In this document: positions 10,791 to 24,647 of the stretch, piece by piece
Numbering within the stretch: the stretch's first letter is position 1
Layout of the letters: every line of letters begins with the position of its first letter
Assembly (NCBI RefSeq): GCF_018977255.1
Contig: NW_024704877.1
Span: 1-64,000, forward strand
Reading direction: 5' to 3'
DNA from: Callorhinchus milii
Taxonomy: Eukaryota
Length of the DNA stretch: 64,000 nucleotides
Program-made: the position numbers and the translations under genes
The notes under the pieces: generated by a model
Told to the model about the DNA's origin: nothing
The model's database searches: none
The model's input: only the letters and a program-made list of their open reading frames with translations

Positions 10791-12759
10791 CCAAAATATA
10801 TTACACAGTGAGCACTTCGGTCGCTTTTGAATGTTTCAGTTGCGGGATGAAATATCAAAGAATGTTTCAATTATATGGTAATAAATGTATTAAATAGCTT
10901 AATATTCACCTTTACTGAAGTTGCGTGAATAAGCATTGAGGAGGGGAGAAGTATTTTTTCACACAGCGAGTTGTTCTGATCTATAACGCGTTGCCTGAAA
11001 GGGTGGCAGAAGCCGATACTATTCCAACTTTCAAGAGAGAATTGCAATACAGTAGAGAATACAGTTTAGCAGCAGCTGCTACTTGGGAAAAGGGAACAAT
11101 ATATAAGATAGAAATTATTTCCTGAGCAAACTAAGCCTTGTGTTAATACTTAAGGCAAATACTTGTAAATTACATTTGAAGCAGCAATAGTGTATATGAG
11201 TGAACTATGTCAAGCACAACAGGAAGCACCTGTTACTGCTGCAAAGGAAACTAGTTACCGAAAGGAGCGTGACAAGTTATGTAAGTTGCAGCTCATGTTG
11301 CATGTGTTTGTGTAGTGCGCCATCTGCTGGTGGATTATAGCTACGGCACGTTTGTAATTGGAGAGGTTTCGAAGCATATTTGCTATGGTCCCGACTTGCC
11401 TTTCCTTGGTACTGTCTTCTCCACTGAAATTGTATACATTAAACTCATTTCCCCGCTCGTTCCTCATATTTTGTGATCTTCCCTGGAACATTCCACCATT
11501 CAATGTCATTCACATTTCCTTAATTTGACGTGTCTCTGTGCTAACACTTGCTGCCCCACTTGCTCCCCCCTCTTAATTCAATCCACTAACTTTTTACTTC
11601 ATCGATTATATTATTTGACTCAATAATTCGCTAATTTATAGCATTTTAAAACAGAGGGACATTCAGGTAAGTCCGTTGGTGTCAGGCGGACGTCCCGAGG
11701 CAAATGTGCTCAATAAACATAAAATGAAAATTAAACTTCATTCTTCTTTAACGTAAATACACTAAATTTGTATCTTTCTTTTCTGATTCACCAAGACGCT
11801 CCCCCAACGTGCAAATCGCTAAATAGGTATAGGAGCAGACCATCAGCTCCTTGAGCCTGTTCCAACGTTATATTACATCATTGCTGATTTATCTCTCAAC
11901 ACACTTTCCAACCTTTTCTCCGTATTCCTTGAAATTCTGAGCTACAATAAATGTGTCCAACTCAGTCTGCAAAATATGAATAGAACCAACCTCTCCATAT
12001 TCTTTGGGCAAGTTTTCCAGATTTTATTAAATTTTTCGTAANTTTTTCCTACCAATTTTTCTGCTAACTGGCCTGGCTCCAATGCACCCTTATTCTGCAT
12101 TCCCCAAACCACCAGGAGAAACAGTTTCTCTATAGATAGCGGAAATAGTTTTTGTGTAAGCAATATAAACGGAAATTGTTTGTTTTAATGTTTACTTACT
12201 TATCAATGCAGCATAGAAAGAATCGTACATGTGGCAGCTCTCCACAGAAAGCAAGAAATTCTGTATTACCACTTTGATGATAAGATGACTACAGTTAATA
12301 ACAATAATAATAATAGTTGTATTTGATATAGAGCCATATCAAATCTTCGAGACGCCACTCAGTGCTTCATTCAATATACAATAAACGAATTGACTGCATA
12401 GTGTGAGGGGCAGTGATTGAGTGACGTAGCGTGGCAGTGGCTGTGTGGGCGAAGCACGGCAGCAAATTGTAATTATCGGTGATTCATTGGATGAAGTGAC
12501 CAATTCATTATCAACACTATTATTCAGAAGGAATTATTTCCTCTGAAAAATCGATCCTCCAACCGATTAACAACCTGCTTCCTATTTACTGCTGGTAACC
12601 AGAGACTAGTGTGTGGAATAAGGAAAGTTGGGCAATCATTCGTTCTGCAGGTCATTGAACCAACGTCTATCGCTTGTGAGGCAAGTGCTCTAACCACTGA
12701 GCCACAGGACCCCACATGGCACTTTTTGTAGGGAGGAACCGCTGATCTGTGCCTCTGTG

Positions 12760-13601
12760 AGGCTCAGTGCACAGTAATACCCCGCGGAGTCTTTAACTCT
12801 CACTTGCAATTTATTTAATGGGACGGTTCTCTCCGCTTTAGACACATTCGTTGAGAAACGTTCTTCTGCAAAGTCCGCGCCGTTCTTGATCCTGTTGTTG
12901 GTGTCTGTGCTAAGGATATATTCTGGAGGTTTGTTGGGAAAGTGACGGTACCAGAACAGATAGGTATTGTATTCGCTTGTAGCTGTATAATTGCACTGCA
13001 TGTAAACATCCTCCCTTCAGTCACTGTCACAGTAGATTGGAGCTGTGTTATAGCGTCTCCTCCACAATGTCCTGGAAACCAGACCCATATCAGCGTTCAA
13101 TACCATAACAATAATCATAATACAAATTATTGCTTTTCATACAGCGCCATACTACATCATTGCGTCTCCAAATGCTTCATAGAATATTCTGAGAATGTGT
13201 ATTGTGTGGGCGACAAGTGGCAGCAAATTGCGCACAGCATTTTCCTAATAAAAGTTCATGGAATGACTGATAGCATTATTATCACTGGTACCCGTTAAGA
13301 GATTATTAACACCGAAAACTGATCCGACGATCGACCAACGAACGGGTACCTACATATCTCGATGTAAAAAGTGGTGCGTGTGTGGAGGAAGGAAACTTGC
13401 CTGAGGTTTCGCTATGTCCAAGCCGGGAACTAAACCCAAGTCAACACGTTTGCTGCAGGAATGCATGAGTCGTGTACCGTATTGGTTATGTAATGCAAAA
13501 ATATATATTCATTGGATAATATGCGCATGAAGCAGACTAATAGAGCGAGTTTGTCGCTTACCTGACAAGGTAATGATCACTGCTACCACATAGACATACA
13601 T
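12760..13601 (-). pseudogene. TCR alpha/delta V, family A, frameshifted; leader 13562-13601, V exon 12760-13071
   Basis: One G missing in the GGGG run at ~13013 relative to the V at 8122 (GAAGGGAGGATG vs GAAGGGGAGGATG). First ATG changed to ACG, with a downstream ATG available. RSS CACAGAG(12753-12759)-23-ACAAAAAGT(12721-12729). Confidence 0.85.
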
Positions 13602-14342
13602 TGTCGTGTGTATTAATGTCACGGGACGTTGTGAGAGCGTTGATGGTGGAGTTGGAGAAAGTTGGCTGGGAGGCTGTAAGATACCGTGAGGAGAGCTAAA
13701 CAGGAAAAAACTTACAGAAGTTGTCATACACTGTGAGGGAGCAGGTCTGAGGGTTATGTACAAACCTTGTGCCTCTGTCGTTGTGCGTCACCTTCTCTGC
13801 TCTGCCCTCTCGCTCATCCAATGGTTCCATCAGTGACATGTCTTTGTTAAGCAGTGTGTCTGCACCAAGTTACACCCATATTCCAGTTCTCGAAAACACA
13901 TACATCAGTTCCACATATATATGCCATCTTCGCGTGTAAATGTGCCTATGGAAACGATTTTTTTCTTTCCCCCTGGAGGAACGCATAGTGTTTGCTTAAT
14001 TTAACAGATTCTTGGGTGCTGACAGGCAAGAGACAAGTCTTGGTGAGGTATATCTATTTTGGGCTACATTCTGGTGCATTAGTTCTCTTTTGTTGTTATG
14101 TTCAGCCGCTGTCTGCTTGCAGGAAAAAGCGTTTATTTCCATAGAACGCGGATCCCCTAGTTTGCAAAACGACTGCTTAATCCCATACACAACAAGACAG
14201 CACAGCCTGTTTACACCACTCTCCTTGTTAATACTGTATAACCACATCAGTTTGTTGAAAGCACCAAATTAAATGTGTGAGCGGAAGTCATGACTTTCTG
14301 CTGAGTTTTTGTACGGGGTATGTGCCTTCCTGTAACAGTGTG

Positions 14343-15121
14343 GGCTCCAGGGCACAGTAATACACAGCGCTGTCACCCACAACAGCCCCGAGTATCTGCA
14401 GCTTAGTTACTTTATTCTTCTTGATCAGCTCAGCAGTGAATCGTTCAGGTAGATCAGGAGATTTGTCTACCGTTCCAGAGGTAAATATCCTGAGCGCGTA
14501 TTGAAGAGCTCCGCCGGGGTTTTGCCTGTACCAGAAAACAGTGGCCAATCTTGAAATATTGCAGTTTAGTATCACGTCTTGCCCTTCAATTTCTGTTTTC
14601 TCGCGAGGATACTGTGATACAACATCTTGCCCGCTAACTTCTGCAAGAACAAGAGCAACACATTTTTCTGAGCAACTTATAATTTGCTTTTATCCACTTT
14701 ATCGAGCACTTTACCGCACAGTACATCAGTCTCAAAGAAACCACAGAATATATTGCAAAGCGAATTGATTATATTTTTGTCGAAACTGAGCAGACAATTG
14801 AACACCGCAGTATTTCACCGATATTATTGTCAATTGATTTATACGATAATGGGTTATTGACCTCCGATAGCGATCGGGGAATCGATTATCAACATCTTTC
14901 CTACTTACTGCTGTGGAAACAGATTGGTGAGGTGTAAGCAAACGCATTGAAAGGTTTCATTGCCCGGCAATCAAACTCGGGTTCTCTCGCTGGTGAGGCG
15001 ACCTCTCTAAACATTATGCTTCGGAAATTTTATAATGTAAAAAATCATGCGCTGTGCATGTCCACACATACTTACTGGCTATGGTGAGGATTGCTATCAG
15101 TAACTGGCAGAGAGCTGTCAT
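14343..15121 (-). CDS. TCR alpha/delta V gene segment, intact; leader 15076-15121, V exon 14343-14640
   Basis: MTALCQLLIAILTIA-K-VSGQDVVSQYPREKTEIEGQDVILNCNISRLATVFWYRQNPGG...DSAVYYCALEP. RSS CACACTG(14336-14342)-23-ACAAAAACT(14304-14312). Confidence 0.92.
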
Positions 15122-16312
15122 GTTGGCTGCTGAGGTGTGGACAGATAATGGGATCTCTTCCTTTGTATATCGCTGTGTTGCTGCTTCAGTGACGAGTTGT
15201 GAGGAAGCGGCTCATCTGACGGGTTTAGTGGTTTACTCTCTATAATTGTAGGCGTTTCACACTAACCAGATGATCTTGAACTCGATCTTCTGGCGATTGG
15301 AAGCGAATGGGTCTGGGTTGGTATGGGAATATTGCCGCACGTATCACACAACAACAATTCATTCTACAGTTTGGTGAGCGAACCGATTTGAAGTGAATCG
15401 TTGAGCCATGCAGTAGAGCCTAAAGGAATATAGGTTCAGTTTCTGTCATCAAGGCTGAGGTGACAACATTTCCGCTTTTCATGTCATTTACTCTAATGAG
15501 GATCTTGAACTTGATCTGCCGCGGATTGGAGGCCAGTGGGTCTGTGCGAGGTTGCGAGGAGTGCGTTTCACCCACTAACAATTTGCTTTACTGTTCGTTT
15601 GTGAAGCGCTTCAGGACGCCTTCGAGACGCAGTATGGATGTATTTCAAATGATTAAAGGGCATTTTTATTTTCAATACTGTTCTGAATGCATTCATTTGG
15701 TTGATCTTGAACCATGCAGCCTAGTTTTAAAAAAAGGTTTACTTTCTATCAAGGCTGAGTTGAAAACCGCCATCAGTTATTGGTACTTTCTCCAATGTGT
15801 CTGAATGTTATTGGTTCTGGACCCAGATCGGCAGTTTGAGCTCCCAGTGTATCAGAGATTGCGTTTCAATTCTTACATTAAGTTAAACTAGTTCAGTTGT
15901 AATCTCCTTTTCAAATTAAACAAACATAAATGACCATATTGCTCATAACAAAATTTATCGCAATTTTTATCTCAGTGAGATCCACATGAGGGCGAATGCT
16001 TCTGGTAGAGAAAGACAACACATCTAAAATGTGACACAAACACTGTTCTTTGAGTAATCTAAATTTTGTGCCAATCATGTTTTACACAAGGTTTTTACAC
16101 GTCAGCTGAAGCAGCAACATGTATGTCAGGAAACTATGTCAACTGCAACAGGAAGCACCTGTCAGTTACAGAAAGGAACGTGACAAGGTATGTCAGTCGC
16201 AGCTCATGCTTTATACTATTTTTAGTGTGACATCTGCTGGTGGAATGCAGCTACAGCATGTGTACATTTGAAGACAGTTGATTGCAAATTATTTTCGGCC
16301 CTTCTTAACTTT

Positions 16313-16530
16313 CCCGTGCCTTCAGCTCCCCTCTCGACTCTCTTCCCCCTTCTCGCTCCCTCCCTTCCCTCCCCTCACCCTGACGATTTCCCCCTCCTCG
16401 CTCCCTCCCTTCCCTCCCCTCACCCTGACCATTTCCCCCTTCCTCGGGTCATGACCCAACTGTGCAGCGCCTTGGGACGTCCTCCTGACGTGAAAGGCGC
16501 ATTATAAATGGAATCTTGTTGTTGTTGTTG
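16313..16530 (+). mobile_element. short 5'-truncated copy of the young L2 element (3' end)
   Basis: Near-identical to 50488-50699, including the internal TTCCCCCTCCTCGCTCCCTCCCTTCCCTCCCC repeat and the (TTG)n tail. Confidence 0.85.
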
Positions 16531-16863
16531 AATGTCGCTACGTAGATGCAAGTTAATGTTTCATATTTTTTCTTACTTGATCAAATAGCAGAGGAAGACA
16601 CTTCCAGGTGCAGGTCCCCCCAGAAAGCAAAATATATGAAGTTATTTCTGTGAAAATAACATGATCGTGTTTAGTAATAATAATAACCTTTGCTTTTATT
16701 ACAGTGCCAAATCGCATCTTCGAAACGCCTCGAAGCGCATTGCCGTGAATCGAACGCACGTATCTCGATTTCGTTGATTTCGAGGGGATTGCTATAACTG
16801 CTGAGCTACAGGACTCCACATGGCAGTTTTTGTAGGGCGAAATCGCTGATCTGTGCCTCTGTG

Positions 16864-17985
16864 GGGCTCAGTGCACAGTAGTATCCCGCGGAGTCTGCAA
16901 CTCTCACTTGGATTATATTTAATGGGACGGTTCTCTCCGCTTTAGACACATCTGTTGAGAAACGTTCTTTTGCGAAGTCCGCGTGGTCCGGTAACTTGTT
17001 GATGGTGTCTGTTCTAAGGATATATTCTGGAGCTTTGTTGGGATAGTGCCGGTACCAGAACAGATAGTTATTGCCGCTGCCGCTTGTAGCTGTGTAATTA
17101 CACTGCAGAGAAACATCATCGCCTTCACTCACTGTCAAAGTAGATTGCAGCTGTGTCACAGAATCTCCTCCACAATGTCCTGGGAAACAGACAAACATCA
17201 GTATTCAACTGCAGTAATAATAAAACTAATAATTGGATTTGTTATAGCCGCTAATTACATGTTTGGGATGTCTGCAGATGATTCGCAGAATATACTTTTG
17301 CTTTGTAGTTTGTGGGCGATATTTGGCAGTTAATTACGCAAAACATTCTCTCACAAACAGTAATGGAATAAATTTCAGTATTCTTACTGTTATTATAAGT
17401 ATAATTTTTCATAAATGGTTATTTGCAATTCAAAATGTGATCCAACAATCGGTTTATAAACGGTTACCTACTGATTGCCAGGTAAAAAGATGTGCGTATT
17501 TGGGTGTAAGGAAAAATGCTTAAGGTTTCGCCTTGACTCGCCCGGGAATCGGACCCAGGTCCTCTCACTTGCGAGGCAAGTTCGCTTTACGCTGAGCTCG
17601 AGGTCTCCATGAGGCATGTAGCGTATCGGTTGTTTTATAGAATAAACAGATGAACATAGAAATTAGGAGCAGGAATATGCCATTCGGCCACTCGAGTCTG
17701 CCTCGCCATTCAATAAGATCACGGCTGATCTTCTAACCTTACTCCATCTGCACGCGTTATACCCATAACCCTTAAACCCGCTATCCTTTAGAAATCTACC
17801 TTTCTCAGTCTTGAATCTGTACATGGACTGATCATCTACAGCCTTCTGCGGTAGAGAATTTCATAAAATCCATAAATAAAATATAAGCATTTGATAATAT
17901 GTACAGGAACTAGACAGATGGAGTGAGATTATCGCTTACCTGATAGGGTAACGATCACTGCTATCACACAGATGTACATTGTCAT
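16864..17985 (-). CDS. TCR alpha/delta V gene segment, family A, intact; leader 17940-17985, V exon 16864-17179
   Basis: MTMYICVIAVIVTLS-G-HCGGDSVTQ...LQCNY...LFWYRH...DSAGYYCALSP. RSS CACAGAG(16857-16863)-23-ACAAAAACT(16825-16833). Confidence 0.92.
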
Positions 17986-19681
17986 ATGTATTTAATGTCA
18001 CGGGGCGTTGAGAGAACGTTAATGGTGTAGTTGGAATGTTGGCTCGGAGGCTGTAAGATACCGTGTGGAAGACTGAACAGGAAATAACCTGCAGAAGTTA
18101 CTCTGTACTGTGAGTGAGCAGGTCTGAGGGTTATGTCCAAACCTTGTGTCTGTGTCAGTATACGTCATATTCTCGGCTCTGCCATATCGCTCCTCCATTG
18201 GTTCTCTCCAATCACTGATATGTCTTTGTTCAATCGGGACTGAAACCTGCAACAAATTACACCCATTTTTATGTTAATCAAAAACTCATGCATGAGATGA
18301 ACATATGTGTGCCATCTTTGGAGTTCTGTAGCTTACTGCGAGAGATGTCGGTTCGATTCCCGACATTTCAACTGTTGGCCAAGTTACCTTACTCCACACG
18401 CACAGCTCTGTTTAGTTAGCAGTCAACAGGAACCTGGTAGTTAGTCGATTGCTGCTTTACCTTCTGGTTACAAGTATCCTGTTTCGCCTTCGAAATGCAC
18501 ATTCACTATACTTTACAGTTTTTTCTGTGAAGCGCATTGAAACATCTCAGAGGCGAAATATTAGCTCTATTCAATGTCAAGGTTTATTGCAATATAGATA
18601 ATCAAAAGAAGGCAGGACGGGGTATTCAGTGGAAGCCACTGAGTGTGTGCAGATTGCAAGACCATGACCTAATGTGTGTTGTCTTCACATCCCCGGGGGC
18701 AGCTGTCAATTTGGTAACGAAGTGAAACGAGGCATTGAGAGGGTTCAAAGCGAAAGGGTAGGAGCCATGTTACGTCAGCAGTTTCTCAGATTTCTCTCCC
18801 CAATTAGTTGAGAGTATCCTTCTTGCCGCTCTCCGCTCAAGGCTTCTGGGTTACAGCAGTTTGGGTAGAAATCCCAAGTTTCTTAGCATAATTCAATTCT
18901 ACAAGTTACTGCGTTGTACGATTTATTTCGCTGTATAATTCTTCGTATATTCACATTTATTTTTCTTAATCGGTGTGTGCCACATGTGGGGACACCCATC
19001 ACCATAATTTTGAATAACCAAACCAACCTGTGTATTATAATAATTGCGTTTGCGTTTCATATCAATCCTTATCAATTACCGAGGAGTCCATAAGGTCTTC
19101 AGAAGTTTATCGCCAGTGTATTTTGTGGACAACAACTGGCAGCTAAGTGAACACAGCAGCTTCTCGCAAACGGTCTTTGATCGAGTGTTTCACTTTTGTG
19201 ATCGATTAAAATAGATCATCCAAACTTCTGTCAACCTGGTTCCTATTTCCGGCTCAGTAAAGCAATACAGATATAATAAACCTTGCATTTGATACAGTGC
19301 TTGATCACGTGTTCGAGATATTATGCAGCATTTCGTAGGTTGTACTGTGAAGGGAATTGACTGTGTCTGTTATGGGATAAATGCGGCAGCCGAATGCACA
19401 GAGCAGTGTCCCACAAACTGTTGTGGAATAAAGAGAATTTTTATTTTCTTTTTAAATAATTCTTACCCCCTGAAAAGCGATTTGCCAATCAATTAACATC
19501 CAGATTCCTACAGACTGCTAGGTGGGCAGACTGATGAAGAGTAAGAAAACTAGTACAACCTTTTACCCTGACGGAAACCGAACCCCGGCTCTCTCGCTTG
19601 CGAGGCGAGTGCGCTAACCATTGAGCTGCAGTAATCCCAACATGTTTTTGTACAGGTGCCTCTCAGACACGCAGCACTGTG

Positions 19682-20124
19682 CCCTCCGCACAGAAGTAAG
19701 TGGCGGTGTCCGACACTCGCAAGTTTTCGATTGTTAGGGTACAGTTTTTCTGTTTTCGCTCACACAAAGCTCTTATCCTGTCCGTCATATTTACGTCGCT
19801 TTTTCCCAAAAGCAAAACCGAATGGAGCCGTTGCCATAACGTTTGTACCACTGAAAGGCGGGGCTGGTTACAGTGCTACTGCACTCCATAGAAACATTTC
19901 CATTTTCATTCACTGTCACGGTCTGTGGTGTCTGTGCGACATCGCTTGCGGCCAAGACGCCTGGAAAGTAAGCAGAAATGAACATTATTGAAAAGGAATT
20001 CGGAAAGTATCTGCCACGACAATTTGTTAACATTTAGCAGGAAAAAAAAGCACTTGCTTGAAAACAATCATAATCTACTTACACGGTAGAAATACTATTA
20101 GATTCAAAGTAATATACTTTGCAT
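19682..20124 (-). pseudogene. TCR V pseudogene (distinct family); leader 20083-20124, V exon 19682-19960
   Basis: VLAASDVAQTPQTVTVNENGNVSMECSSTVTSPAFQWYKR, then a -1 frameshift near 19815, then LLGKSDVNMTDRIRALCERKQKNCTLTIENLRVSDTATYFCAEG. The leader is 42 nt with stops (second frameshift). RSS CACAGTG(19675-19681)-23-ACAAAAACA(19643-19651). Confidence 0.85.
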
Positions 20125-21729
20125 TGTAATTCTGCATCATTCTCAACAGCCGTGTCGATTCACGTCTATATCTTCTGTTGAAATGCAAAGATAAATTATC
20201 TAAACGTAGCGTCTGGTTGATAAACCTTTGTCGTTTGGAGGAGTTGTCCCTTAGTTCCGCGTTATTATCTTGTCTCTGTTCATCGTTGGAGGTGTATTGC
20301 GACTCCTCCTACCGTTTATGTACAGATTCCCTTCGTCTCGCTGTGGCAAAACAGAGTCTTGTATGAAAGACAAAGTGTTGAGACCGAGTTACAAAGACGG
20401 AAATGATACTTCTCGAATTGTTTCACAGAATATACTGTAAAATGGATTGACTGTGTATTTCTAGAGCGAAGCCAATTGGGAACGATTGTATCGCACAAAG
20501 AATCGTGGATTGAATAACCAATTTATTATAATTTTTATTCAAAGAATTGTAAAAGCGATCCGCCAACCGAATACTGAACATGTTCGTCCTAATCTGAGTG
20601 CTAAGCAGTGGTGCGTGGAGCAAGGAAACCTGCCCAAAATTTCGCGCTGACGAGAATCGAAACGACATCTCCTGCTTGCGAAGTGTGGGCTCTATAAACG
20701 GAGATATTGGATTCAGGTGTCCTGAGCAAAGACTACGATAAGTCGAATACTTGCAGGAACAGCGAATGAGAGAACTGATGGTGAAGGGAATGAGATAGAT
20801 ATGTCCTCAAGATTGTGCAGTGAACAAGTGTAGAATTTTTAGGATATAAGAAAGAGCTTCCCCAGGAACTGTGAAACCAGAAGAGTCAGAGAATTCTGAT
20901 GCACCATTACATGGTGCGGACTGATCACCTACGATTTGTAATGAACTTTNNNNNNNNNNNNNNNNNNNNNNNNNNNNNNACCAGATACGATATAGATACA
21001 TCGGCGCACCGAGACTTACTAAGAATAAGACCCCGAGCTCGAAATGCCACGAGATATTTAATCAGCAACACATCTGGGAGTGAAAATCATCATCACAGTC
21101 GCAATTATCATCAATCTTCCATTCCATACAGAAATGTAATGGCATAAGGACAACAAGAATCACAATTGTGCAGTGCCTTTCAAGTTAGGACGTCTCGGAC
21201 AGGCTTCAATGTGTAGTGACTGTATGTGTAGGCGAGTTGGTACGTGTTTGCAGCAAGGGATTGGTAATAGGGCAGCTGGAGATATTTGGCCTTGTTGTGA
21301 TATCTAAAATCAGAATAATTACGGGTCGATGTGCAATCTGAAATGGATATTTCAGGGTTTGATGAATTCATCTCCGAGGCGCTCTGTAACGCCATTAACT
21401 GCACATACAGAATGGTGCTCTGTGCAGTGTGAATAACTGCACATATAAAATGGTGCTGTGACTTACCGATTAACGCAGATTTCCTTGTTTCTACGTCTTG
21501 TTAATAACAACCAAAATACAATGGAGGAAATAATCGTTTACAGCACTATCAGCAATTATTGAAACGCGCGTTTAAAAATTTATAATCTGGTTAAAATTTA
21601 ACAAGTGAGGAGGAATTCCATCTTGAATGCCCAACCTTTCCAGTTTTTTTAAAATGCTGATCGTAGTGATGGAGGTAAGACACACAATCAGAAATCCAAG
21701 ATGGTTATCTCCGCAATCGGTATTTTTCA

Positions 21730-21995
21730 CTCACACACAAACACACAGGTACACACGCAGAGACTCACAGACATACACAACATACCTGTGTACACACAGA
21801 CACAAACGCAGCACATACACGATCATAGACAGACACAGGCGCACACAGACAGACACACACAGTGACACACAACACACAGACACTCACAGACAGATAGGCA
21901 CACACAGGCAAACACACAGACAACACACATAGACACACAGACTCACATATATACAGACACACAAATGCAGACGCAGACACACACTTACAGACACA
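21730..21995 (+). repeat. compound (CA)n/(CAGA)n microsatellite
   Basis: Direct inspection. Confidence 0.9.
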
Positions 21996-23840
21996 CAGTG
22001 ACACCTTTCTGAATGTAATCACTAATAAATGATGGCTCTCTCTGCAGAGGGTGGACATCACACAGACAGTGACCCGCTGTTTCCTGTTGACACCAGTCAG
22101 TGTGGTTATGATTACGATGATATTGACTGTGCGAATGACACCGAGAAGAACAGACAACTTCCCGTTGGGAATCAAAGGGAATCTCCTGAGCTCTGCACCG
22201 TCTGATCGCAACATCCCCATCAAACAGGTGAGTTTAGGTCTTCATGATTTACAGCATTACTTACATCACAGAAAGCCGCCAATGATTGATATGATCGTCC
22301 TGGTGACCTGTGTACGAGTAATCACAGTTACAGGTGATTGTAATGGTTATACAACTTGACCAACACCGGTCAGTGATTTTAATCATTCACAATCCTGACT
22401 TGAGGCTGATATTAGACAGAATGGCAGTGATCATGTGCAGCCGTCACACATGTATTCACGCCAATTGATGATGGAATTAAAATTAAAAACTTCCTGTCAG
22501 AAACTTCACAGTGATGTGATCCATGGTTGGATGCGACTAAAACGTTAATTTATATTTACTATTCTGAACTGTTGGAATTATTTTCTTTATTTGACTCAGA
22601 GATTATTGGTCCTATACGTTATGCGCAAAACTTTTATTTTATTTTCCTGAATCAAAAGCTGATTTCACCTTCTGCTATTTGAGCGTAAAACGTCCTTCTT
22701 CCTTAATAAATGTCGTATCAAATGACAGAAACATTAACTAAAACAGTTGGAAACAGTCTCTCAAACAGCAGCCGGTGAATGAAACCCAAGTAACAGCCCC
22801 AGAGATTGTCATAGCCAATGTGCTGTACTTTAGGATGTTATAAATGGATCAACATTATGTTATTGATGAGAATAAATTATTTCCTTTAAATAATATCTTT
22901 TATTGTCTATTTTACAGAGCCATTCAACCGAAATTTCATCACCAATAATTACTGATTATCTTTAGATAGAAAACCAGTGGATAAAATGAATATACACGTT
23001 CCAACAACTTACCAACGCAATTAACATGAACCCGTGTCACATCTTTCTGTGATAGCAAGTTTCCATGTGTGTTCTGTGTAAAACATTCTTCTGTGATTTT
23101 CAGAATGATTTGTTTGCATTTCAGGGTGAATATAATGCATATTTTAAACATTGCAGTAAACTGACGCCTTCGCTAGTGTTATCATATTACACAGAAAATG
23201 GTTGTATTTTTTATCCTTTTCTAATTTGTTTTGAATTTACTTTTATGCTTACGATTCTAGACTGCAACTGCGCTTACGAATTTTTTTTATTTTCTCGTCA
23301 TTTTAAAACATTGATTGTGACAAAATTATTAGATATCTGCACATATTTGTTTAGTTATTTTTGTTGAATTATATCAATCATGTTATTTTATTTCCTAAAA
23401 TGAGTCATTGGTCAGTTGGTTAAAAATAGATCCAGTTTCAGATGAAACTTGTATTGGAACCAGAAAGTTCTATGTTTATTCTGTAAACCACGGCGAGTAT
23501 TAGTTTTGGGAATAATGGTAAAAGTACATGAGCAAACAAAAGAGAATTGATGTTATGACAGCACCCACCATGTGTCACAAGAGTGATATCTGCTCTTGAC
23601 TGTTTATCTAATTAACAAACAGATTGTAAATGGTGAGTTAAAATCAAATAGACTTCAATAAATATCAAATGGTCATGTAACCGCCCAGTTGTTTGTCATT
23701 GTTTTCAAGTGCAGAACACACAAACCACTTACATCTGTCTGTCCCTGACCACAATGGATTGCAGAAGAATTAGCAGGTTCGTGACCTGAAATTCGGTGTG
23801 ATTCTCACGAAATACAACCTGGATCACTGAAGAGGTGTGA

Positions 23841-24647
23841 GGTAGAGGGCAGTGATGTGGGGTAGAGTGCAGTGATGTGGGGTAGAGGCCAGTAATGTGT
23901 AGTAGAGGGCAGTGATGTGGGGTAGAGGGCAGTGATGTGGGTTAGAGGGTCGTGATGTGGATTAGAGGGCAGCTATGTGGGGTAAAGTGCAGTGATGTGG
24001 GGTAGAGGCCAGTAATGTGTAGTAGAGTGCAGTGATGTGGGGTAGAGGGCAGTGATGTGGGGTAGAGGCCAGTAATGTGTAGTAGAGGGCAGTGATGTGG
24101 GGTAGAGGGCAGTGATGTGGGTTAGAGGGTCGTGATGTGGATTAGAGGGCAGTTATGTGGGGTAGAGTGTAGAGATGTGGGGTAGAGGACAGTGATATGG
24201 ATTAGAGTGCAATGATGTGGGGTAGAGAGTAGTGATGTGGAGTAGAGGGCAATGATATGGGGTAGAGGGTAATGATGTGGTGTAGAGGGCAGTGATGTGG
24301 GGTAGAGGGCAGTGATGTGGGGTAGAGGGCAGTGATGTGGGTTAGAGGGTCGTGATGTGGATTAGAGGGCAGTTATGTGAGTTGGAGTGTAGTGATGTGT
24401 GGTGGAGGACAGTGATATGGATTAGAGGGCAAGGATGTGGGGTAGAGTGCAGTGATGCGGATTAGAGGACGACAGTGATGTGGGGTAGAGGGTACAGTGA
24501 TGTGGGGAAGAGGGCAGTGATGTGGAGTAGATGGCAATGATATGGGGCAGAGGGTAATGATGTGGATTAGAGGGCAGTGATGTGGAGTAGAAGGCAATGA
24601 TATGGGGTAGAGGGTAATGATGTGGATTAGAGGGCAGTGATGTTGGG
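23841..24647 (+). repeat. minisatellite, 20-bp unit (GGTAGAGGGCAGTGATGTGG), about 40 copies
   Basis: Direct inspection; it explains the repetitive ORFs at 24373-24801. Confidence 0.95.

Noticed and set aside
23733-23826. Possible 94-nt minus-strand exon (cag|TGATCC...AGAT|gtaagt) with one open frame
   Set aside because: The peptide (IQVVFRENHTEFQVTNLLILLQSIVVRDRQ) is unrecognisable and no partner exons were found.
23841-24647. Regular repeat resembling a CRISPR array, and Pro/His-rich ORFs
   Set aside because: Head-to-tail 20-bp minisatellite without unique spacers in eukaryotic DNA; the ORFs are artefacts.
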